NCBI GenBank assembly: GCA_965242865.1
Contig: CBDETK010000013.1
Span: 2,752,001 to 2,816,000, forward strand
Reading direction: 5' to 3'
Length of the DNA: 64,000 nucleotides
From: Candidatus Latescibacterota bacterium
GTDB taxonomy: Bacteria > Latescibacterota > UBA2968 > UBA8231
Made by a program: the position numbers and the translations under genes. Shown in pieces: positions 1-9,266 of the stretch. The notes beneath the pieces were generated by a model, which made no database searches, was not told where the DNA came from, and saw only the letters and a program-made list of their open reading frames with translations. Numbering within the stretch: the stretch's first letter is position 1; the number at the start of each line of letters is the position of its first letter.

Positions 1-2
1 GG

Positions 3-164
3 TCCTTGACCGGCGGCCTGCTCTGCCGCAGCTTTTTTCTGTGGCTGATGTTCCAGAGAGCCACCGGATTGCCCCTGTATTCCACCCTTATTCTTCGACG
101 CAGTGACGTCGCGTACTTGTGGTCCGCTGGCGCGAGCCTAGTCCGTCTTATGGCAGCGCGATGA
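3..164 (+). CDS. Partial CDS (3' end) of a hydrophobic membrane protein, possibly a polysaccharide flippase
   Basis: Frame open from the window edge (SLTGGLLCRSFFLWLMFQRATGLPLYSTLILRRSDVAYLW...). Its TGA overlaps the ATG of the glycosyltransferase (ATGA). Product inferred from context. Confidence 0.5.
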   Translation, partial: SLTGGLLCRSFFLWLMFQRATGLPLYSTLILRRSDVAYLWSAGASLVRLMAAR

Positions 165-1288
165 GCATTAAAATTCTCTGCATCCTTCCCACCTTGACCG
201 ACACCCGCATCGCCCGTCGCATTGACATGCTCAACCGAGGCGGATTTGCCGTCGAGGCGGTCGCTTTTGAACGACGCCAGCGTTCGGGACGTCGGCCAGA
301 CTGCCCCATCCAGCGGTTGGGGCCGATTCCCCCCCGGAGATATGCCGCCAGAATAGGCAAGCTCCTCGCGGCAGTGCCCACGGTGAGGCGAGCGATTCGC
401 CGCAACGACGTCGTTTATGCTTTCAACTCGGACCTCGCGTTCCTCGCGGCTATTGCCGGCGCGGGATTCAACCGTCCCTTGGTGTTAGAGGTCGCAGACA
501 TTAAGGAGGTGCAGGTGGCTGGCGATTGGAGCGGCCGGGCGGTGCGGGTGCTGGAGAAGCTCGCCGTGGACCGCTGTAGTTTGTTGGTGCTTACAACGAG
601 CAGTTATCTGCCTTACTACCGGTGCTGGTTGGGCGCGAAAACCCCCAGCATGGTCATCGAAAACAAGCTGGACCCAGAGTTCGTCAAGTCAATACCTAAG
701 ATTGATCCGCCCGCCCCTGCCGCGATGGCCCGGCCCCTTCGGATCGGCTGGTTTGGCCGGCTGAGAGATGAGTGGACGATGCGGGTTCTGGAGGAGTTGA
801 CGAAGGCGGGGCCGCACCAGTACACAGCCGTTCTCGCCGGTACGCCCTCGCCGTTTTTGGAGGGTTTTTCCGCCCGAGTTGACAACAGCCCAAACATCGA
901 ATACCGCGGCGGGTACAGCTATCCCGAAGACCTGCCTGCTCTGTACCACAGCGTCGATCTAGTAATGGCGTGTTATCCGCCCGAGATTCCGCACGGCTGG
1001 TCCCAGTCGAGCCGGTACTATGAAGCCTGCTTATTCCGCAAGCCACTCATCGTGCGCGCCGGTTGTGCGGACGCCAGCGGTGTGCGAAAGCACGACATCG
1101 GCCTAGTTCTCGACGCGGTTGCCGTTGAGGAGGCCACCGCCGCCATCGGCGAAGTGCCACTGGAGGATTGGCGGCGGTGGCGAGATAATGCCGCTGCGGT
1201 GCCGCCGCCCGTCTATCTTTCTATCGGCGAAGTGGATGTCTTGGCGAGGGCCTTCGCCAACCTGCCGCCGAAGTCCGCAGGCCGCTGA
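161..1288 (+). CDS. GT-B glycosyltransferase (GT4/ExoL-like)
   Basis: N-terminal D-x-R-I-x-RR, IGWFGRLR, Y-x-Y-P-E-D-L-P-A-L-Y and R-Y-Y-E-A motifs resemble ExoL-type enzymes. Start placed at ATG 161. Confidence 0.8.
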   Translation: MSIKILCILPTLTDTRIARRIDMLNRGGFAVEAVAFERRQRSGRRPDCPIQRLGPIPPRRYAARIGKLLAAVPTVRRAIRRNDVVYAFNSDLAFLAAIAGAGFNRPLVLEVADIKEVQVAGDWSGRAVRVLEKLAVDRCSLLVLTTSSYLPYYRCWLGAKTPSMVIENKLDPEFVKSIPKIDPPAPAAMARPLRIGWFGRLRDEWTMRVLEELTKAGPHQYTAVLAGTPSPFLEGFSARVDNSPNIEYRGGYSYPEDLPALYHSVDLVMACYPPEIPHGWSQSSRYYEACLFRKPLIVRAGCADASGVRKHDIGLVLDAVAVEEATAAIGEVPLEDWRRWRDNAAAVPPPVYLSIGEVDVLARAFANLPPKSAGR

Positions 1289-1306
1289 TTGCGGTACAGG
1301 CGGAAT

Positions 1307-2848
1307 TCATGCTGCCCGCTCAATCTCCAACCCTCGCTTGAAGCTGAAACGCACGGACCACTCCCGGAGGCCGCGCTCCTTCGCGTAGATGCCAACGAGG
1401 GAGCCAGAGGCCGCCCACCAAATAGCGGTGTACTGAAAAGACCCGATGAGGGCATTGGGTTCCAACATCGCAGCCGTAAGGCCCGATAGTACGACGAGTC
1501 CCAACAGGGCAGCAACAAATCGGTTTTCCGAGGGGTCGTCGCGGTTTGCAACCAGCCTAAAAGCGATGAGCAGGATGAGTCCTGCCATAATCGTAAACCA
1601 AATCGGGGCGAGGACTCCGCAGTATGTCGTCCACTTGATCCACAGGTTGTGAATCTCGATTTCGGGCTTGCGATGTCCCCTGAGCAACACCTGCTCGAAT
1701 CCATATCCAAGAAAGGGCCGCTCGGCAATCCGTCCGAGGCCGATTTTGTACCCCTCAAACCGCGTGGTGCCGAGAGTGTCCAAGTTGGCTAAGAAACGGG
1801 GCAGTACGGAGGGTCTGGGTCGCTCTACGGCGGCGGGCTTGGGGCGGTCTGTGTCGGTCGGTCTGGGTCTGTCTGTCTCTATATGGACGGGTCTAGGTCT
1901 ATCCACGTCAGCGGGTCTGGGCTTATCTACGGCGGCTGGCTTGTGTGTGTCTGGGTCGGTCGATCTAAGTCTGTCTATATCGACTAGGGCCAAGAGGCGG
2001 TCCAGCCCTACGTGGCTGGAGCATGCTGGGTTTTGGCTAGAGACGATGATCCCACCGATCACTATTCCGGTGAGAATACCTGAGTAGGCCAACCATCTCG
2101 ACTGCCGCGGGAAGGCCAATATGGCGATTGAAACCGCTGAGATTAAAAAACCAGTGCGTCCGCCGGTCATAAATTGGCTGACAAAGAGGATGCTCGCCAA
2201 CGCGGCCCCCAGCATAGCCCGGTGCTCTTGCTTTAGTCTCCAATGCGTCCCCTCGCCCATCAGCAAGCCTATGCAGGGCAATAAGAGAATCAGGCTGATT
2301 GACCATTGCGTTGGGCTCGAGCCGAACCCTATGCTGTACGCCGGCCGCCAAAACTGGTCGCAGGGATTCGTCCAATTCGGTATCTTGGCGAGCGCACTCA
2401 CCAGCGCAAATGCGGCCAAGGGCAAAATTATCACTAGGGCGCGGGTGAGGATGACGGAGATGTTTTCGCCCTGACGCGCCAGATAGAAGAAGCACCACAT
2501 TAGCCCGGCGGCGTACCCGATGTCCATGACGAACATGACGTTTAGGACCACCGCTGGGGCTTGGACCACCCCGGGGGCCGACAGGAGGATCAGGGCCAAA
2601 AACCCCAGCGGCCCCAGGGCCCGCGCCGGCAGCCGGAGCTTGCCCGACAGCAGCGGTGGGATCAACACAACCGCTACCGCCGCTACCGCGAGCACGGCCT
2701 TGAACAGGTGCAGGTACTTGTCGCCAATCAAGTGATAGACCGGTGCCAAGCCCAGATACAGGCTGAGCAGCCAACTATTTCGGTGGTGGTTCACAGACAA
2801 CGGGAGGTGGCGGCTCACGAACAACGGGAGGCGGGGTAGCACTTGCAC
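1307..2848 (-). CDS. O-antigen ligase/polymerase (Wzy_C family) membrane protein
   Basis: Multiple TM helices, TGGRTG, R...ERPFLGYG and IHNLW motifs. Start uncertain. Confidence 0.8.
   Translation of the reverse strand: MQVLPRLPLFVSRHLPLSVNHHRNSWLLSLYLGLAPVYHLIGDKYLHLFKAVLAVAAVAVVLIPPLLSGKLRLPARALGPLGFLALILLSAPGVVQAPAVVLNVMFVMDIGYAAGLMWCFFYLARQGENISVILTRALVIILPLAAFALVSALAKIPNWTNPCDQFWRPAYSIGFGSSPTQWSISLILLLPCIGLLMGEGTHWRLKQEHRAMLGAALASILFVSQFMTGGRTGFLISAVSIAILAFPRQSRWLAYSGILTGIVIGGIIVSSQNPACSSHVGLDRLLALVDIDRLRSTDPDTHKPAAVDKPRPADVDRPRPVHIETDRPRPTDTDRPKPAAVERPRPSVLPRFLANLDTLGTTRFEGYKIGLGRIAERPFLGYGFEQVLLRGHRKPEIEIHNLWIKWTTYCGVLAPIWFTIMAGLILLIAFRLVANRDDPSENRFVAALLGLVVLSGLTAAMLEPNALIGSFQYTAIWWAASGSLVGIYAKERGLREWSVRFSFKRGLEIERAA
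1805..1990 (-). repeat. Imperfect tandem repeat encoding Pro/Arg/Asp-rich DRPRP-like units
   Basis: Protein segment PAAVDKPRPADVDRPRPVHIETDRPRPTDTDRPKPAAVERPRP, with repeated gggtct(g/a)gg in the DNA. Confidence 0.75.
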
Positions 2849-3106
2849 TGAATAGAACCGGTCTCAGAAGGAATTGCGACTACGAGAAAGCACCGCTACG
2901 CCGGCCAGCGGCGTCATTTGAATGATGTAGGCTTGCCATATCTGTAATTTTCGTTCAACAAATAATTACATACTCTTAGACCTAACAGTCAAGAACCCAA
3001 GTGCGCGCCCCCTACTGGAAAACGGCGTCCGTTCGGGTCGTTTTGCAAAAGTCCACCTCGCTCGATATGTTCTTCTAAATCCCGACTCTAAGCAGATTCG
3101 AGCAAT

Positions 3107-5371
3107 ATGACGAAAATTCGCAAGACCGTGCAGAGCTTGCTGGCAGCGTGGCTTCTCTGGGCCGGGTCGGCTCCGGCCGCGACCCTGAGCGGCTTTGTCA
3201 CCGATGCCGACAACGGCGAAGCCCTGAGCTTGGCCACGATCGTGGTGGAGGGGCTGCAACTCGGGGCGGTCAGCAACAACAGCGGCTACTACGCCGTCAA
3301 GCAAGTGCCGGCTGGCACCCACGTGGTGAGCACATCGCACATAGGCTACCAGACCCAGCGGGACACGTTGCGCTTTGGTGCCGACGAGGCCATGCGGCTC
3401 GATGTGGCGCTGGTGCCCAAGCCGGTGGATATTGGCGACGAGGTCTTAGTGGAGGCCGAGCGCAGCGAAGAGCTGGAGCAGGCCACCCAGAGCAGTTTTA
3501 TCTCTCTACAGGTCGAGCCGTTGCAGCAAATGCCGGCCATTGGCGAGGCCGATCTCCTCCGCAGCTTACAACTGCTGCCGGGCATCCAATCGGCTTCGGA
3601 TCTCAGCAGCGGCCTGTACGTGCGCGGCGGCGGCCCGGACCAAACGGCCATCCTGCTCGACAACATTCCCCTGTACAACCCCTCCCACCTCTTCGGCTTC
3701 TTCTCGACCTTCAACCCAGACGCCATCAAGGACGTCCAGCTATACAAAGGGGCCTACCCGGCCGCGTACGGCCGCACGCTCGGGGCGGTGCTCGACGTGA
3801 GCAATCGCGAGGGCAACCGACAGCGCTTCAGCGGCCGGGGCGGCGTCAGCCTAATCGCGAGCCGCTTGCTGGCCGAAGGCCCGGTGGGCCAAGGCTCGTG
3901 GATGATGGCCGGCCGCCGCACGTACCTAGAGCCTGTGCTCAGTGCCGTGCGCGCACGCGGAGTGGATATTCCGCTGAACTACTACTTCTACGACTTCAAC
4001 GGCAAAGTCAACCAGCGGTGGGGGGACGACACCTTTTCGGTCAGCACGTACTGGGGCCAAGACGATCTGCGGTTCGATTTCGCCGATACCGGCGAGGCGA
4101 CGGAAGAGGCTTTCGTCGATCTGCGCTGGGGCAACCGCGCCCTAACAACGCACTGGAAGCGGGTATTCTCGCCGGCCCTGTTCGGCCACTTTATGGCGGC
4201 TGGCTCGTCGTACGAAAGCATCCTCTCGTTCAGTTTCTTCGACACCCCCTTCCGCATCACCAACAGCATCCGCGATTTATCGCTCAAGGGGGACATCGAC
4301 TACTTCGCCCACCGCGACCACACCTTGTCCCTCGGGTTTTTGGCCACCCTCTTTGAGTTCCGCTTTGCCCAGTCCTTCAACCAACAAGACCAGTCCGATT
4401 TGCGCCAAGAGCCGGTGCTGCTTTCGGCATACATGCAGGACGAATGGCAGGCTGGGCCGCTCACGCGGCTGCGCCTCGGCGGGCGGGGAACGTACTTCAG
4501 CGTCGGCGACCGCCTACACTTCATGCCGCGGTTCTCCCTGAGCCGGATGCTCAGCGAAAAGGTCCGGCTCAAGGCCGCGGCCGGGATGTACCGCCAGTAC
4601 CTACAGTTGGTCACCACCGAAGCCTTTAGCGGCGGCGATTTTTGGGTGCCGCTCGACAGCACTGTGGAGCCGGGCCGCTCGTACCAGGGCGTGGTGGGGG
4701 CCGAGTGGACCCCGGTGCGGCGCTACCAACTCTCAGTGGAGGCGTACTACACGGACTTGGCCAACTTAGTGGTGCTAGACAACGCCGTGGCCGCGGACAG
4801 CGAGGATACGCGCTCGGACGACCTATTCAAGAGCGGGGGTAGCGGCTGGGCTGGCGGCCTAGAGGTCTTCTTGCAGCGCCGCACCGGGGCCCTCACCGGC
4901 TGGGTGGGCTATACCCTCGGCTGGACGCGGCGCACCTTCCCCGAATTGAACGAAGGGCGCACCTTCCCCCCCAAGTACGACCGCCGCCACGACCTATCCT
5001 TTGTGGTCTCTTATAAGGCGGGGAACTGGCGTTTGGGCTCGAACCTCGTATATGCCACCGGGCAGGCGTTCACGCCGGCCGCGGCCCGCTATACGCTGCG
5101 CGTGCCGACCACCGGCGTGGAGGAGGACTATGTGCTGCCGGCCCGGCGCAACAGCGCCCGCCTGCTGCCCTACCACCGCCTCGACGTCAGCTTCAGCCGC
5201 CAGTTCGGCTTGTGGGGGACCGACAGCGAGTTCTTCGTGCAGATATTCAATCTGTATAGCCGGCGCAACGAGTGGTTCGTGCAGTACGATGCGAACAATC
5301 CCGGCACCGAGCCGCAAGTGGTCCGGCAATTGCCCATCGTCCCCACGCTGGGCTTCAATTTCGCGTTTTGA
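3107..5371 (+). CDS. TonB-dependent receptor with N-terminal carboxypeptidase-regulatory-like domain
   Basis: Signal peptide, plug motifs VRGG..DQ and YKGAYPA, RLLPYHRLD, C-terminal Phe. Confidence 0.92.
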   Translation: MTKIRKTVQSLLAAWLLWAGSAPAATLSGFVTDADNGEALSLATIVVEGLQLGAVSNNSGYYAVKQVPAGTHVVSTSHIGYQTQRDTLRFGADEAMRLDVALVPKPVDIGDEVLVEAERSEELEQATQSSFISLQVEPLQQMPAIGEADLLRSLQLLPGIQSASDLSSGLYVRGGGPDQTAILLDNIPLYNPSHLFGFFSTFNPDAIKDVQLYKGAYPAAYGRTLGAVLDVSNREGNRQRFSGRGGVSLIASRLLAEGPVGQGSWMMAGRRTYLEPVLSAVRARGVDIPLNYYFYDFNGKVNQRWGDDTFSVSTYWGQDDLRFDFADTGEATEEAFVDLRWGNRALTTHWKRVFSPALFGHFMAAGSSYESILSFSFFDTPFRITNSIRDLSLKGDIDYFAHRDHTLSLGFLATLFEFRFAQSFNQQDQSDLRQEPVLLSAYMQDEWQAGPLTRLRLGGRGTYFSVGDRLHFMPRFSLSRMLSEKVRLKAAAGMYRQYLQLVTTEAFSGGDFWVPLDSTVEPGRSYQGVVGAEWTPVRRYQLSVEAYYTDLANLVVLDNAVAADSEDTRSDDLFKSGGSGWAGGLEVFLQRRTGALTGWVGYTLGWTRRTFPELNEGRTFPPKYDRRHDLSFVVSYKAGNWRLGSNLVYATGQAFTPAAARYTLRVPTTGVEEDYVLPARRNSARLLPYHRLDVSFSRQFGLWGTDSEFFVQIFNLYSRRNEWFVQYDANNPGTEPQVVRQLPIVPTLGFNFAF

Positions 5372-5401
5372 ATTGGATTCCCAACGGATAGGAGGACGAC
5401 C

Positions 5402-6334
5402 ATGCGCTATTTCTTTATCGCCCTGTGCCTAACGGCCTGCTCGGCCGAACGCCAGCCGGGGGATTTCTTCGGCGCGGTGGATGAGGACAGCGCGTGGGTG
5501 GTAGATGGGGTGCTGCTCGTGGACCAACCCCTGCCGCCCGTATTCGTGCGGCGCGTCCTACCGGCAAGCCAGCTCTATCGCCAGACTGCGGCCGGGGTGG
5601 CCGACGCCCGGGTGCAGGTTACGCAAGGGGCCCAGGTCTTTGAGTACGCGGCCGACGAGGATTGGCCCGGCCGCTATGTGCCCCCGCCAGCGGCCGCGCA
5701 GGTGGAGGCTCAGACCGAGTACCGGCTGGAAGTGGAGGTGGAGGGAAAGAAGGTGCAGGCCCAGACCACCACGCCGGACCGAGTGCGGGTGCGGGAGATG
5801 GTGTTGGTAGATGAGGAGACGCTAGAGACCCTGCGTGCGCTCAAGACCTTTGCCGCGGCCGGGGACGAGGTGTACACTGCGCCGGAGAATCAGCTCGTTT
5901 ATCGCGAGGACTTGCTCGAAATCCGCCTAGAGACCGCGGCCGTGGACGCGTACCAACTGGGCATGTTCGCCCTAGAACCCAATTTGAAATCCCTTGACGA
6001 CGATATACTGGACTTCTTCGACGAGAACGACCCCGAGGTCCTGCGCGCCAACCCGTCGCCGCCCCTAAGCGTGAGCGACGGCATCGTGCGGATGCCATGG
6101 CTCGCCGTGCTCTTTGCCGGGCGCACCATGGTAAAGGTGTACGCGCTCGACCACAACTGGTTCGAGTATGCCCGCTCCAGTTCCGACCGGCAGGAGCAGG
6201 GGGGCTTTGCCGGGGGGCTGGCCGGCGAAAATTTCGAGCGACCCTTCTTTGAGGTTGAGGGCGGCATCGGCCTGTTTGGTTCGGCGTCGGTGGATTCGGT
6301 GGGGTTTTCCGTCGTGCCGCGGTCGGACCTATAA
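5402..6334 (+). CDS. DUF4249-like lipoprotein, partner of the TonB receptor
   Basis: Lipobox LTAC, C-terminal VEGGIGLFGS, position directly after the receptor. Confidence 0.75.
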   Translation: MRYFFIALCLTACSAERQPGDFFGAVDEDSAWVVDGVLLVDQPLPPVFVRRVLPASQLYRQTAAGVADARVQVTQGAQVFEYAADEDWPGRYVPPPAAAQVEAQTEYRLEVEVEGKKVQAQTTTPDRVRVREMVLVDEETLETLRALKTFAAAGDEVYTAPENQLVYREDLLEIRLETAAVDAYQLGMFALEPNLKSLDDDILDFFDENDPEVLRANPSPPLSVSDGIVRMPWLAVLFAGRTMVKVYALDHNWFEYARSSSDRQEQGGFAGGLAGENFERPFFEVEGGIGLFGSASVDSVGFSVVPRSDL

Positions 6335-6335
6335 A

Positions 6336-6851
6336 TCAAGCAGGGCCTTCTTCTTCGGCCTGCGGCTTCCTCCCCGCTAGATCCCGATCCATCAGAAAGA
6401 GGCCGTCGCGGCTTTCGATGATCAGCTCCATATCGCTGACGATGTTGCGGACGATGGCCTCCTCCTCCACCTGCTCGTTGACGAACCACTGCATAAAGGT
6501 ATGCGTTGCGTGGTCGCGCTCGGCCAGGGCCTCATCTACGACCGCATAGATTCTCTTGCTCAAAGCCTGCTCGCTTGCGAGGGCGTATTTGAAGGCGTCC
6601 AGCGGCGAGTCCCACTCGTTGCGCGGCACCGCTAGGGCCTGCAAGCACACGCGGCCATCGCGGTCGTTGATAAAGGCGTAGATCCGTTCCGCGTGCATCA
6701 GCTCCTCTTGGTACTGAATTTTCATCCAGTGAGCGAACCCGTTGAGCTCTAGATCTTCGAAATAGGCCGCCAGCGACAAGTACGCATAGGCCGAGGCAAA
6801 CTCGGAGTTGAGCTGATTGTTGAGGGCTTGTTGTATTTTTTCGCTAAGCAT
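6336..6851 (-). CDS. ftnA: Non-heme ferritin
   Basis: Ferroxidase motifs EELMHA and FMQWFVNEQVEEE. Confidence 0.93.
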   Translation of the reverse strand: MLSEKIQQALNNQLNSEFASAYAYLSLAAYFEDLELNGFAHWMKIQYQEELMHAERIYAFINDRDGRVCLQALAVPRNEWDSPLDAFKYALASEQALSKRIYAVVDEALAERDHATHTFMQWFVNEQVEEEAIVRNIVSDMELIIESRDGLFLMDRDLAGRKPQAEEEGPA

Positions 6852-6865
6852 GGTTTGGTCCTTTC

Positions 6866-9214
6866 TCAGCGGTTTTCGGCCGCTTGTTTAAGTGCTCGAC
6901 TGCGCTCGTAGAATTCGGCTAAGTCCATTTCCTTGAGGAAGACGAGCCCCCGGGTGGCGCGAATTAGGGGGCTGGGGTGTTCGTGGAACCACTTGTGCCC
7001 GAGGCAGGTTTTGATCTTCTGGTACTGACTGACCTGTACCTGTTGCGCCAGCTCGGAAAAGGGGCCGTCGTGCTCGTAGCTGGGGAACGAGGCGTCGCGC
7101 TGGGAGATAAAGGTATTCATAAAAGCACTGTGCATGACCGAGAACATATTGAGCGAAACCGGCACGAAGATATTGGCTTCGCTCGGATCAAAGCGATACC
7201 ACACGTTGCGGTAGCCCCAGACCTTGATACCCGAGCGTCCGCTTTGCCGCTCGTAGCGGCGGAGGGCTTCGGTGATCACTTGTAGCACCTTGTAGTGCGT
7301 GTCCGGCCCGCTGGCCTCTGGGTCTAGGGCTACGCCGACCACGTCGGGTTCTACTTGCTTGAGGAGCGCGAGGACGGGCGGCACATCGCCTTCGAGCGTT
7401 GGCTCTTGCGTGAAGATGTCGCCGGTGTAAAAGCCGAGGCTCAGGTGTTTGACGCTGGCGCAGTCCCAGCCAAAATACCCCCAAAGACATTCGGCTTCCC
7501 ACTCGCGGCATTTGCCTTTGAGCATCTGGACCTCGGGCGCATCCTTTTGCCCCGGATAGCGGCTGGCAAAGTAAGCCTCCAGCTCCGCCAACCGGGCCTC
7601 AATGCCCGCGAGGTCCTCAACTCCGTACAGCGCGACGAGGTTCCGCAAAAAGCGCCGGGCCGCCCCCTCGTCGCACAAGAGCGGGTCGGCCGCGGCAATC
7701 CCGTCGAGGTACTGCCAAACATCGCGGTTGCGGCCGTTTTCGCAACGGGGATCAAAGTAGCCCTGCGCCCACAACGCAACGCACTCTGCGGTGGACAAAA
7801 AGTGCCGCAGCCGTTGCAAGTGATCCTCGATAAAGCGGTTGGTCACCGCCGTAAAACCGCCCGTAAAGCAGGCGAAGTAATGCACATTGGTCGCGTCGCG
7901 CACGTGGCGGACGATATAGGACAGGTAGCCCAGCATTAGGTCGTCGTGGTGCGGCTCGGTGTGCAGGAAGCGCGTAGCGGAAAGGGTCTGGGTGCCCCGC
8001 TCGATTTTGCCGACCAAGCGGTCGCGCACCATCCGCGTCAAGGCGTCAACCTGTTGGGGGCGTCGCTGCAAAAGCACCGCGCCCAACGCATCCCGCGCCA
8101 AGTCCTCCTCCGTCAGATCGACGACCTTTTTGCCCAAGCTACAGGCTAAGTCGATGACGATCTGCTCCACCATCTCGTCGTCCATGGCGGCCCGCTGCTG
8201 CCCGAGCACGAGCCGCCTCGCCCTGAGCGCCTTGGCCGCTCCCCGGGTGACGTAAAACCGCGCCATGGGCAGGCGGTGCAGCGCCGTGGCCGGGTAGCGC
8301 ACGTCGGGTGCTTGCTCAACCGCCGCGGCGACAATACCGGCCTTGGTCTCGCCCGCGGCAATGATCAGGGCACAGCAATCGGCATTGCCAACGATCGTGC
8401 CGAGGCCGATGGTGATGACCAGCCGCTGGCGCGCCACCTCAATGCCGCCCAAGTCGCTGGCGGCCGCGGCCTGCGTTTCGTAGTTGGTCGCCGTCAGCCG
8501 AGTCGTCGAAAAATGGTCTGAGCCGCGCACGTTAAAGCCGATGTGCCCGTCCGGGCCGATGCCGCCCAAGAAAAAGCCAATGCCCCCGAGGGCGCGGATT
8601 TGCTCCTCGTACTCTTGGCACCACTGGTCGATCCGGCGCAATGCGTCCTGCTGCACGCGCTCGAGCGAGGTGCGGGCGGCCCGATAGCGCAGCGAGAGAT
8701 CCACGGTGCCGTCGGGCCACACCTCGTCTAAGGTTTGGCCGGCTTGCAGGCCGATCGCGGCGCAGTTGATTCGCCGGGCCTTGGCCGGGTCCAAGCCAAA
8801 ACCATCGATGTAAAAGCGGTTTACATAAGCGTAGAAGCTGTTGTCCTGCCGAGGGTCAATCGGGTAAAATTCGTCAATTTGCACGAAGTGCAGGCTGCGC
8901 AGGTCCGGCTTGCGCAGGGGGTCAATGCCGGCCTCTTCGAGCTGGCAGCGGACCTCGGCCGAGTCCCAATGCCTCAGCAGCCGCTCGACCCAGCGGATAA
9001 AGTGCTCGGGGGTTTTGCCCGTCGGCAGCGAGACTACGCCGCCGGGGTGGTCTTGGGCCCATTCGATAAAGCGCATCGCCGCTAGCTTGCCGAGGGCCGG
9101 GAAGTGCTCGACCACAATGGTTTTGATGCGTTCGGTCGGGGGGTAGTGTGCCGCAAAAGGCGAGGCCGCGACGGCCCTGCGCTCGACCGCAGTCAGCGCT
9201 CCGGTATCGGTCAT
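6866..9214 (-). CDS. nagB: Glucosamine-6-phosphate deaminase fused to a PIG-L-like de-N-acetylase domain
   Basis: LPTGKTP, QIDEFYP and GIGPDGHIGFN (NagB); C-terminal EPHHDD and PDTH (PIG-L). Start placed at ATG 9214. Confidence 0.85.
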   Translation of the reverse strand: MTDTGALTAVERRAVAASPFAAHYPPTERIKTIVVEHFPALGKLAAMRFIEWAQDHPGGVVSLPTGKTPEHFIRWVERLLRHWDSAEVRCQLEEAGIDPLRKPDLRSLHFVQIDEFYPIDPRQDNSFYAYVNRFYIDGFGLDPAKARRINCAAIGLQAGQTLDEVWPDGTVDLSLRYRAARTSLERVQQDALRRIDQWCQEYEEQIRALGGIGFFLGGIGPDGHIGFNVRGSDHFSTTRLTATNYETQAAAASDLGGIEVARQRLVITIGLGTIVGNADCCALIIAAGETKAGIVAAAVEQAPDVRYPATALHRLPMARFYVTRGAAKALRARRLVLGQQRAAMDDEMVEQIVIDLACSLGKKVVDLTEEDLARDALGAVLLQRRPQQVDALTRMVRDRLVGKIERGTQTLSATRFLHTEPHHDDLMLGYLSYIVRHVRDATNVHYFACFTGGFTAVTNRFIEDHLQRLRHFLSTAECVALWAQGYFDPRCENGRNRDVWQYLDGIAAADPLLCDEGAARRFLRNLVALYGVEDLAGIEARLAELEAYFASRYPGQKDAPEVQMLKGKCREWEAECLWGYFGWDCASVKHLSLGFYTGDIFTQEPTLEGDVPPVLALLKQVEPDVVGVALDPEASGPDTHYKVLQVITEALRRYERQSGRSGIKVWGYRNVWYRFDPSEANIFVPVSLNMFSVMHSAFMNTFISQRDASFPSYEHDGPFSELAQQVQVSQYQKIKTCLGHKWFHEHPSPLIRATRGLVFLKEMDLAEFYERSRALKQAAENR

Positions 9215-9266
9215 TGCTTCGCTCCTTCGGCGCGGCCGCGCCTCCAACCTGTGAACGTGAGAAAAC

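Noticed and set aside
3148-4356. 402-aa alternative-frame ORF inside the TonB receptor gene
   Set aside because: Arg/Pro/Gly-rich off-frame product typical of GC3 bias.
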